From positions 1,722 through 65,721 of the forward strand of contig CALKEP010000052.1 in the NCBI GenBank assembly GCA_938084645.1: a stretch of 64,000 nucleotides of DNA, read 5' to 3'. The stretch comes from an uncultured Phycisphaerales bacterium (GTDB lineage: Bacteria; Planctomycetota; Phycisphaerae; Phycisphaerales; SM1A02). Positions 57,335 to 64,000 of this stretch are shown piece after piece. Below the pieces are notes generated by a model that was not told where the DNA came from, did no database searches, and worked only from the letters and a program-made list of their open reading frames with translations. How positions within the stretch are numbered: the first letter of the stretch is position 1; every line of letters starts with the position of its first letter. Made by a program: the position numbers and the translations under genes.

Positions 57335-58276
57335 TCAGCCCGTCGGGAAGAGCAGCTGGATCTGGAAGCGGATCGTCCACTCGCCCACGGCGTCGGGTCG
57401 GACCACGTTGTAGAAGCCCTGCAACTGCATGTTCACCGGCTGCGATCCGAAACGCATGATCCGGCCGATGCCGCCGCCGAGCGGGATCGTCCAGCGATTG
57501 TCCGAGTCGGCGTTCCAGTCCGCGGTCAGCACCGGCGACGCGGTGAGATACCAGCCCTTGTCCATGTTGTAGTTCAGGAAGGGCTGGAAGAGGAACGAGT
57601 TCACATCGGCGGCGTCCGAAGGACCCGCGTACGACCACACGTTCTGGACGAGCCCTCCAACCACCCAGGGGCCCTGCATCGAGAGCATCACGAGGCTCGG
57701 GCCGGCGGTCCACTTGTCGCTGCCGAGTCGTGCCGAGGAGGCGGTCGGGAACTGCAGCACGGGGCCCACGCCCCAGATCAGTCCATCGTCGACCTTCGCC
57801 GGCGACAGGAAGCCGGTGAACTGGAGATTGCCGATTCCGAAATCGCTCGAGATCCCGCTGGCCGGCGACGGGGAGTTGACCACCGGAAGAATCGTCCGGG
57901 TGATCAGGTTGATGTCATCGGTGAGATTGATCGGGATCACCGGCTGGACGTTGAGCACCCACTGGGCGTTGTCATTGGGGCCGGTGGGAAAGGTGAAGTT
58001 GTTCTGGAAGGGAAGACTGATCATGTCCGCCACCGGGTTCTGCGCGGCCTTCGCGAGCGCCTCGGTGTTGGTCGCGTTCGGATCGGCCTCGTACTCGGTG
58101 ACCACGCCTTCGCCATCGTCGCGGGTGCCCGTGGCGGTCGAGGCGGTGGGAGCATCGTCCTGCAAGGCCAGGATTCCGGCGGCGAAGTCGAGCTCGACCG
58201 AGGTGTCGGCGGCGAGCGGGGCCGAGAAGGGGAGGGCGATGGCTGAGATGGTGATCGCGGCGCGGATCTGGTTCAT
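57335..58276 (-). CDS. Outer-membrane beta-barrel protein (transporter-like; resembles the 'MetA-pathway phenol degradation' OMP family)
   Basis: 313 aa with a signal peptide (ITISAIALPFSAPLAA). It has alternating amphipathic beta-strand patterns and LPFQNNFTF...NVQPVIP. AGGAGA lies upstream of the ATG. Confidence 0.7.
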   Translation of the reverse strand: MNQIRAAITISAIALPFSAPLAADTSVELDFAAGILALQDDAPTASTATGTRDDGEGVVTEYEADPNATNTEALAKAAQNPVADMISLPFQNNFTFPTGPNDNAQWVLNVQPVIPINLTDDINLITRTILPVVNSPSPASGISSDFGIGNLQFTGFLSPAKVDDGLIWGVGPVLQFPTASSARLGSDKWTAGPSLVMLSMQGPWVVGGLVQNVWSYAGPSDAADVNSFLFQPFLNYNMDKGWYLTASPVLTADWNADSDNRWTIPLGGGIGRIMRFGSQPVNMQLQGFYNVVRPDAVGEWTIRFQIQLLFPTG

Positions 58277-58355
58277 GGTTTCTCCTCGTTCGATGTGGCT
58301 TCAACGTTGGCTCGCGATCGGCCGGGCCGCGCGACGCAGGGGATTGATACCAGAT

Positions 58356-59375
58356 TCACCGACGTCGTGTCAGTAACCGATCGAGCCACCGGCGCCAGTT
58401 CTTCGATCGGAAACCGTGGCACGCGTCGGTGGACCATCCCCGATCGTGAAGCCCCTCGGTGAGCCGATCGAGGTTTCGGAGATCGCGAAGGCCGATGGGG
58501 AGGGCGGAACCGGGAAAGCCACCGTCGGCATCGGAGCCGAGGCCGACTCGATTCCGACCCGCGATCGACGCGACGTGCTCGACGTGATCGAGGCAGTCCT
58601 CGATCGTGGCGTCACGATCTTCGCCATGGAGGAAACGGCCGAAGAGATTGAGGCCGATCACCCCGTCGCGGGCGGCGATGGCCTGGATCTGGTCGTCGCG
58701 AAGATGGCGTGGATTCCGACCGGTGATCGCGGCGGCGTTCGAGTGGGTCGCGCAGACCGGTCCGTGAGATCGTTCCAGCACGTCGTCGAACGCCGCCTCG
58801 GAGAGATGCGAGAGATCGTGGGCGATTCCACGTTCATCGAAGGCGTCGACGATCGCTTCACCCGCCGGAGTGAGGCCGCCGGGAACGCCGTTCCCCCCGG
58901 CGTAGCGCGAACCTCTGGCCCAGCTCAGGCCGACGATCCGCAGTCCGCGTCCGTACCACGCGTCGACCGCGTCGGGCCCCGTGATCGGATCCGCGCACTC
59001 CATGAGGATCACGAGCCGGGGAACGGTCGGATGATCGAGATCCGAAGCGTCACGCACGATCCGCACACGGCCGGCTCGCTCCTCCGACTCGTACCACGTC
59101 AACTGCCGGAGCCCCGCGGCCTCGGCCGCGTCGGCGTCATCCGCCGGATACGCCGCGGGTTCGTCGGAAGGGCCGTCGCGTTCCGTGAAGATCGTCGCGA
59201 AGGCGGTGCGGATCCGGGCCTCTGCGAGGTCGGGCCAGCTCACCGTCGCATCGAGGTCGGCCTCTCGCGTGGAGATGAGGAAGTCGCGCCCCTCACCGGC
59301 CAGGTAGGCGAGGTCGAGATGGGCGTCGATCCAGGCGGTGTCGTCGGACATCGTCGCATGGTACGACGGTGACAT
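58356..59375 (-). CDS. Membrane dipeptidase (peptidase family M19)
   Basis: 339 aa. It has WIDAHLDLAY (HxD metal site), VIGLNLF and GLGSDADGGF, typical of M19/renal-dipeptidase-like enzymes. An alternative ATG lies at 59351. Confidence 0.8.
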   Translation of the reverse strand: MSPSYHATMSDDTAWIDAHLDLAYLAGEGRDFLISTREADLDATVSWPDLAEARIRTAFATIFTERDGPSDEPAAYPADDADAAEAAGLRQLTWYESEERAGRVRIVRDASDLDHPTVPRLVILMECADPITGPDAVDAWYGRGLRIVGLSWARGSRYAGGNGVPGGLTPAGEAIVDAFDERGIAHDLSHLSEAAFDDVLERSHGPVCATHSNAAAITGRNPRHLRDDQIQAIAARDGVIGLNLFGRFLHGEDRDATIEDCLDHVEHVASIAGRNRVGLGSDADGGFPGSALPIGLRDLRNLDRLTEGLHDRGWSTDACHGFRSKNWRRWLDRLLTRRR

Positions 59376-59471
59376 CGATGGGACCGGCGTGAAACCCGCT
59401 TCTCGACATCACAACCGACGATTCCCGCGACATTCATTGCCTCGCGATCTGGGCCTCGGTAGCCTGTTGAG

Positions 59472-59981
59472 ATGTCTGAAGCACCGGGGACCGCCGTTCC
59501 GCCACCTCCACCGAGCGATTGGGCCGCGGTGGGATGGGGGGGCGCCACGCCGGAAAGGGCGACCGCATCGGTTCGGTTGGCCTCCGGGCTGGTCGCGCTG
59601 GTCGCGTCCGCGGTGCTCACGATCGCCTGGATTCTGGTGCCTTCCGAGGCCGGCCTCGGAACGCATCGACAACTTGGAATGCCGCCTTGCAACTGGATCG
59701 TCGCGGCCAACATGCCGTGTCCGACCTGTGGAATGACCACCTCGTTCAGCCACGCCGCGCATGGTGATCTTCCCGCGTCGTTCCGGACGCAACCGATGGG
59801 GGCCGTGCTCGCGGTCGTCACCGCGGCCACCGTGCTCGTCGCGGGCTGGACGGCGGTCACCGGCTCGATGCTGGCGCCGTTCTTCACCAGTCTCTTCGGC
59901 CGCCGGCTCTTCTGGATCTCGATCGCCATGCTGCTGCTTGCATGGGGTTGGAAGATCATGGATCACCGGGGCCTCTTGTGA
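59472..59981 (+). CDS. DUF2752-like membrane protein
   Basis: 169 aa with a Cys cluster (PPCNWIVAANMPCPTCGMTTS) between TM helices, as in DUF2752 proteins. Confidence 0.7.
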   Translation: MSEAPGTAVPPPPPSDWAAVGWGGATPERATASVRLASGLVALVASAVLTIAWILVPSEAGLGTHRQLGMPPCNWIVAANMPCPTCGMTTSFSHAAHGDLPASFRTQPMGAVLAVVTAATVLVAGWTAVTGSMLAPFFTSLFGRRLFWISIAMLLLAWGWKIMDHRGLL

Positions 59982-60075
59982 GTCACGCCCCTCGTTCGAT
60001 CGTCCGTTCGTCCGTTCGTTCCTTCCACCGCCTCGTCCCGCTCGACGTCCGCGGAATCCGTCCGAGACCAAAATC

Positions 60076-60762
60076 ATGAACACGATTCATCGCGACCGTT
60101 CGAATGGAATTCTCCGAGGCCTCTCCGCCCTCGCGGTGGTCACGACCCTCGGCGTCCTCCAGGGATGCCAGATCTTCGGCGTCGCCAGCGTCATCGGTCA
60201 GAACATCGAACGCGAGAAGAAGGTGGAAGTGCTCGCGGAGTACGACGGCCTTCGAAACCAGACCGTGGCGGTGCTCGTTCAGACCGACATGGCGACGCTC
60301 TACCAGTTTCCGAGCGTGGTGGCGGACATCGCCGTCAACCTGAGCCGTCGGATCCAGATGAACGTCGAAGGCGCGCAGGTGCTCAATCCCGCGGCCGTCC
60401 TGGACTGGACCTACCACCAGCCCGGCTGGGAGATGATGCCCTATGGCGAAGTGTGCGAAGAGCTCGGTGTCGATCGCGTGGTGTGGATCGACGTCTTCGA
60501 GTTCCGCCTGAATCCGCCGGGAAACCGCTGGCAGTGGGAGGGCGTGGCCGGCGCCTCGATCGGCATCGTGGAAGCGGACGGCTTCGATGCCGACGCCTTC
60601 TCCGAGACCTACGACATCAGTTCCGAGTTTCCGAAGATCCCCGAGCTCGGGCGTGAAAGCTCGACCGAGGAGAAGATCAAGACCGGTCTCCTCGCGACCT
60701 TCGTCCAGCAGGCCGGATGGCTCTTCTACGACCACATTGAGGACAAGTACCCCGATGCATGA
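60076..60762 (+). CDS. Lipoprotein, unknown function (first of a tandem pair)
   Basis: 228 aa from the ATG at 60076, with lipobox GVLQGC. It is co-linear with the next ORF (TVAVLV..., ...LFYDH near the C-terminus). Confidence 0.7.
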   Translation: MNTIHRDRSNGILRGLSALAVVTTLGVLQGCQIFGVASVIGQNIEREKKVEVLAEYDGLRNQTVAVLVQTDMATLYQFPSVVADIAVNLSRRIQMNVEGAQVLNPAAVLDWTYHQPGWEMMPYGEVCEELGVDRVVWIDVFEFRLNPPGNRWQWEGVAGASIGIVEADGFDADAFSETYDISSEFPKIPELGRESSTEEKIKTGLLATFVQQAGWLFYDHIEDKYPDA

Positions 60763-61453
60763 TTCACGACGCTCCCCACGCCGCCTCGTCGGAGTCCGAT
60801 CGATGCTCTCGCTGGTGGTCGCGACCGCCGCGACGGGTCTTCTCGTCGGTTGCAACATCGTGGTGCCGGTGGCCTACGTGCTCGAGGGACCGGGGACGAT
60901 CCCCGCGGCCTACGAACTTCGCGAGACCACGACCGCGGTCTTCGTGGATGATCCGACGAATGCGTTTCCCCGGACCGCACTTCGGTCCATGGTGGGCGTG
61001 CAGATCACCGACAGTCTGATCGCGAACGACGCGATCCCCTCGAACCTGATGGTGGACTCGCGCGACGTGCTCGCCCTGACCCGCGCGCTGGAGACCAGCA
61101 ACGACCGGGTCAGCATCGAACGCATCGGTCGGGAGTCCGGGGTCGAGCAGGTGCTCTACGTCTCCCTCGACGGCTTTGCGCTGACGCTCGACGGCTTCAC
61201 GCCGCGACCCACCGCGGTCTGCAGCATCAAGGTGCTCGATCTGGCCATGGGCTCCCGGGTGTTTCCGGCGGATGATCCCAACGGACTCGAAGTCGTCGGG
61301 CAGATCCGCGAGGTCGATCCGTCGAACTTCCAGAGTTTCGCGAAACGACGACGCGTCGAGGACGATCTCGCGATGCGTCTCGGGCGGAACGTGGCCGAAC
61401 TGTTCTACGAGCACGAGCGTGTCGATCTCGGTGAGAACCTCGGGATTCGTTGA
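60755..61453 (+). CDS. Lipoprotein, unknown function (second of a tandem pair)
   Basis: 232 aa from the ATG at 60755 (8-nt overlap with the previous gene), with lipobox GLLVGC. It has TTAVFV..., ...LFYEH near the C-terminus. Confidence 0.7.
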   Translation: MHDSRRSPRRLVGVRSMLSLVVATAATGLLVGCNIVVPVAYVLEGPGTIPAAYELRETTTAVFVDDPTNAFPRTALRSMVGVQITDSLIANDAIPSNLMVDSRDVLALTRALETSNDRVSIERIGRESGVEQVLYVSLDGFALTLDGFTPRPTAVCSIKVLDLAMGSRVFPADDPNGLEVVGQIREVDPSNFQSFAKRRRVEDDLAMRLGRNVAELFYEHERVDLGENLGIR

Positions 61454-61510
61454 TCCGTCCACGAGGGCGTCTCCTCCCGTCCACTCCGCGTTCCTGAATT
61501 CGCAAGAAGG

Positions 61511-62662
61511 ATGACCCGCCGCATGTCCCGCGTCGTGCACGTCCTCGAACCAGATGCTCCCGGATGCGGCCCCTCCACCCGGAGGGTGCTCGCGGCGCTC
61601 CAGGCCGACGACGCCGTCGTCGTGATCGGTGGTCGAGCCGCCGCGGACGCGGTGGGTGACGCGGGCGTCGTCGTGACCGCCGCGGTTCCAGCCCCCCTGC
61701 GAAGTCCGCGGCTCGCGGGACCCGCGATCCGTCGCGCCCTCGGCTCGTCCGCGCCCGATCGCATCGTCGCGTGGTCGGAATCCGCGCTGGTCGCCGCCTT
61801 GTCCTCCGGAACGACCTCGGAGGTGGTGGGAATCGTCGGGGCGATCGAACCACGGGCCCCGCGGATCGAAGCCTGGCGCCGGACGACCGCGATCGTCCAT
61901 CCGATCGGGCCTGAGATCGGACCGGCGCTGGCTCGACGCGGATGGCGCGTCGGCTCCACCATCGCGGCGGCGGATCTGCCGGTCCGGGGCACCGATCATC
62001 CCGATCGCCGGTCATCGCGACGTGCGTCCATTCGTGGGCAGTGGGGGATCGACGACGACCGTCTCGTGATCGCGGTCGCTGGTGATCCCACGCATGGGTC
62101 GGATGTGTCCGCCGCCATGACCGCGGCCGCCTCCGCGGCGGTCGCAGGCCGAGGATGCTGCCTCGTCGCGGATCCCATGGGGATCAACGCGGTCGCGTCG
62201 TCGCAGTGGCTTCGCGAGGGCATGGGCCGGTTCGGCGGGAGTCCCGTCGGACTGGTGCTCGATGCCCGGGTGCGGGATCCCCGAGCCATCGCCGCCGGCG
62301 TCGACGTCGCGGCCCAGGTCGATTTCCCCGACGCGGTCACCTTCACACCGCCGTCGGTCGTCGAGATGCGGACCTGGCTCGCCCTCGGCGTGCCGGTGGT
62401 CGCGTCCGATCGGGCGAATGCGGCCTCGGTGGTTCGCGACCGCGTCGACGGCCGGCTTCTGCCACCCGCGAATCGCAATGCCTTCATTCGGGTGCTGATG
62501 CGGCTGGTCGACGAGCCCGGATTGGTGACCGACATGGCGCATGCCGCCGCCGCGACGCATGGCCGCGGTCTTCCGATTCGACGTCCGAACTGGATCTGGG
62601 ACTCCCGGGATCACTCGGCCGGCGGGAGGAGCTTCGAGAATCCGATGGCGGCCTCCCGGTAG
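61511..62662 (+). CDS. Glycosyltransferase (GT-B fold, GT4-like)
   Basis: 383 aa, with AAGAAGG upstream of the ATG. The C-terminal lobe has the EMRTWLALGVPVVASD....SVVRDRVDGRLL pattern of GT1/GT4 enzymes. The last roughly 17 codons overlap the convergent amidohydrolase gene and look non-native. Confidence 0.65.
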   Translation: MTRRMSRVVHVLEPDAPGCGPSTRRVLAALQADDAVVVIGGRAAADAVGDAGVVVTAAVPAPLRSPRLAGPAIRRALGSSAPDRIVAWSESALVAALSSGTTSEVVGIVGAIEPRAPRIEAWRRTTAIVHPIGPEIGPALARRGWRVGSTIAAADLPVRGTDHPDRRSSRRASIRGQWGIDDDRLVIAVAGDPTHGSDVSAAMTAAASAAVAGRGCCLVADPMGINAVASSQWLREGMGRFGGSPVGLVLDARVRDPRAIAAGVDVAAQVDFPDAVTFTPPSVVEMRTWLALGVPVVASDRANAASVVRDRVDGRLLPPANRNAFIRVLMRLVDEPGLVTDMAHAAAATHGRGLPIRRPNWIWDSRDHSAGGRSFENPMAASR

Positions 62663-63708
62663 AGCGAGGCGAGATCCTCCTCCGGAATCGACATGCCACG
62701 AAGCCGCGGGGCATCCATCGGTCCGAAGGTGTCGGGATCGACCAACGCGAGATCCGGATCGGCGATCGGGCTCTCGCCGTCGTGGTCGCTTTCCCACAGT
62801 CGTCGCAGCGCCCAGTACCGGCTGGCGTAGAGATCGAAGGCGTCGGCTTCGTTCGAGGCCTTGGCGGACATCACGTTTTCGGCGTCGAGCGGATCGGCGC
62901 GAAGATGTTCGTCGAGGGTGACGATGTCGGAGCCGAAGAGAAGTCGACCGCGGTGCCGACGGAGAAAGGCGAGGAGATCCGCCGGTTCGTGTCGCGAGAG
63001 CTCGCGGATCATCCACTTCGTCGCGCTGGTGTCGAGATGAAGGTTCTGGTGGCGTTCGAGGAGACCGTCGAGGAATTCGAGATCCTCCGGCCACCCGCCC
63101 ATGTGCGCGGCGATGAAGGGAACCTGGAAGTTCGAGAGGGCGGCTTCGAGGGGTTCGTAGTGGGATCGCTTGTCACCGAAGCGCGCCCGGTCCGAGTACC
63201 GGGTCGCGAACCAGGTGTCGGGATCGGCGACGTGCACCATGATCGCCATGCCGAGATCGACTGCGAGCTGCATGCCCTCCCGTCGAATCGGAGCATCGAG
63301 CCGCAGCAGGGCGGGGTCGCCCGCTTCCTCGCCGAACTCGATGATCCGCGGTGCCGCCCAGAACTTGACGATCCGCGCGCCCTGCTCGCGATACGCCTCG
63401 ATCCGACGCAGATAGTCCTCCCCATGGGCGCGTCGGCGATCGGGATTCCTGAAGTCCGGGACCGCGATCGGTTCGAATCGGCCCTCGAGCGCGGTTCGGA
63501 CCGCCTCGACCTCGTCGATCGCGGTCATGGACCACACGGCTTCGATGCCGTAGAGGTCCATCACCTCGGCGAAGAGCCGACTGGCTTCGAGGCCGTTGAT
63601 GTGGGTGTGCGCATCGATGATGGGAACCGTCGGCGGCCCCATGCGGACGGCCTCGGCTCGATAGTCGAGCCCGAGCCGGTTCGATGTCGTCGGAGTGGGG
63701 TGCGTCAT
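62611..63708 (-). CDS. Amidohydrolase-2-type (TIM-barrel metal-dependent) hydrolase
   Basis: 365 aa with an N-terminal HxH metal motif (IIDAHTHI), then VHVADPD, AAHMGG and LFGSDI. Confidence 0.8.
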   Translation of the reverse strand: MTHPTPTTSNRLGLDYRAEAVRMGPPTVPIIDAHTHINGLEASRLFAEVMDLYGIEAVWSMTAIDEVEAVRTALEGRFEPIAVPDFRNPDRRRAHGEDYLRRIEAYREQGARIVKFWAAPRIIEFGEEAGDPALLRLDAPIRREGMQLAVDLGMAIMVHVADPDTWFATRYSDRARFGDKRSHYEPLEAALSNFQVPFIAAHMGGWPEDLEFLDGLLERHQNLHLDTSATKWMIRELSRHEPADLLAFLRRHRGRLLFGSDIVTLDEHLRADPLDAENVMSAKASNEADAFDLYASRYWALRRLWESDHDGESPIADPDLALVDPDTFGPMDAPRLRGMSIPEEDLASLYREAAIGFSKLLPPAE

Positions 63709-63741
63709 GGACGGGATGGTAGCCGTCGACGCGAAGGGGGA

Positions 63742-64000
63742 TCAGGGCGTGTCGTTCGATTCCGGGATCTTCGAGCCCTCGACGCCCTGGGTGGGACTCA
63801 CGACGCGATTGTCGAGGCCGGGCCGAGCCCGGGTCGGCGTCTTCACCTTCTTGGTCGCGGTTCCGTTCAGTCGCTTGCGGGCGGTGGGAAGCGAGTCCAC
63901 CTCACAGGCGTCGGTCGGGGGTTCGATCACGCCGCCGGCGATGACCCGTCCGATGTAGATCTCATGGTCCGCTTCGATGTCGAGGTGACGGATGAGTTCG
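63742..64000 (-). CDS. C-terminal fragment of an unidentified protein (gene continues beyond the window)
   Basis: The minus-strand frame is open from the window edge to the stop at 63742 (...ELIRHLDIEADHEIYIGRVIAGGVIEPPTDACEVDSLP...). GC3 is high. No motif recognised. Confidence 0.4.
   Translation of the reverse strand, partial: ELIRHLDIEADHEIYIGRVIAGGVIEPPTDACEVDSLPTARKRLNGTATKKVKTPTRARPGLDNRVVSPTQGVEGSKIPESNDTP

Overview
This is a high-GC (by eye about 65-70%) bacterial chromosomal window, tightly packed with core housekeeping genes. The gene content points to a diderm organism (lpxA, skp/ompH, mlaE, many lipobox lipoproteins). It looks Planctomycetota/Phycisphaerae-like, but that is only an inference and needs a database search. 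I support 59 CDS and 2 tRNAs (Ala-CGC, Glu-UUC), plus several intrinsic terminators, three tentative promoters and a DnaA-box-like pair upstream of dnaA. Confident calls are guaA, dnaA, rpmA, obg, mutS, ileS, rpsD, purF, lpxA, lipB, lepA, mutM, rimO, nadD (fused), aroB (extended) and mlaE. I saw no rRNA, CRISPR array, transposase, integrase, prophage or recognisable defence genes, so this is a core region rather than an accessory one. Operons are often translationally coupled through 4-nt ATGA/GTGA overlaps (1773, 2123, 2605, 19009, 23069, 37083, 41841). The many ORFs of 300-1100 aa lying antisense to real genes are high-GC artefacts. The most unusual items are domain fusions and gene pairings. 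(1) An orphan ParA-type ATPase carries a CBM48-like module and is followed by a partner with a degenerate P-loop. (2) A lipoprotein, an RsbW-like kinase, a STAS protein and MlaE form one translationally coupled operon. (3) A nucleoside-phosphorylase-like domain is fused to NadD. (4) AroB sits in frame behind a signal peptide and a TM segment. (5) Three thioredoxin-fold genes follow mutS. Several unusually long non-coding gaps (next to tRNA-Glu, upstream of rpsD, downstream of ileS and of the ZIP gene) could hold small RNAs. All functional assignments rest on motif recognition by eye and were not searched against any database.
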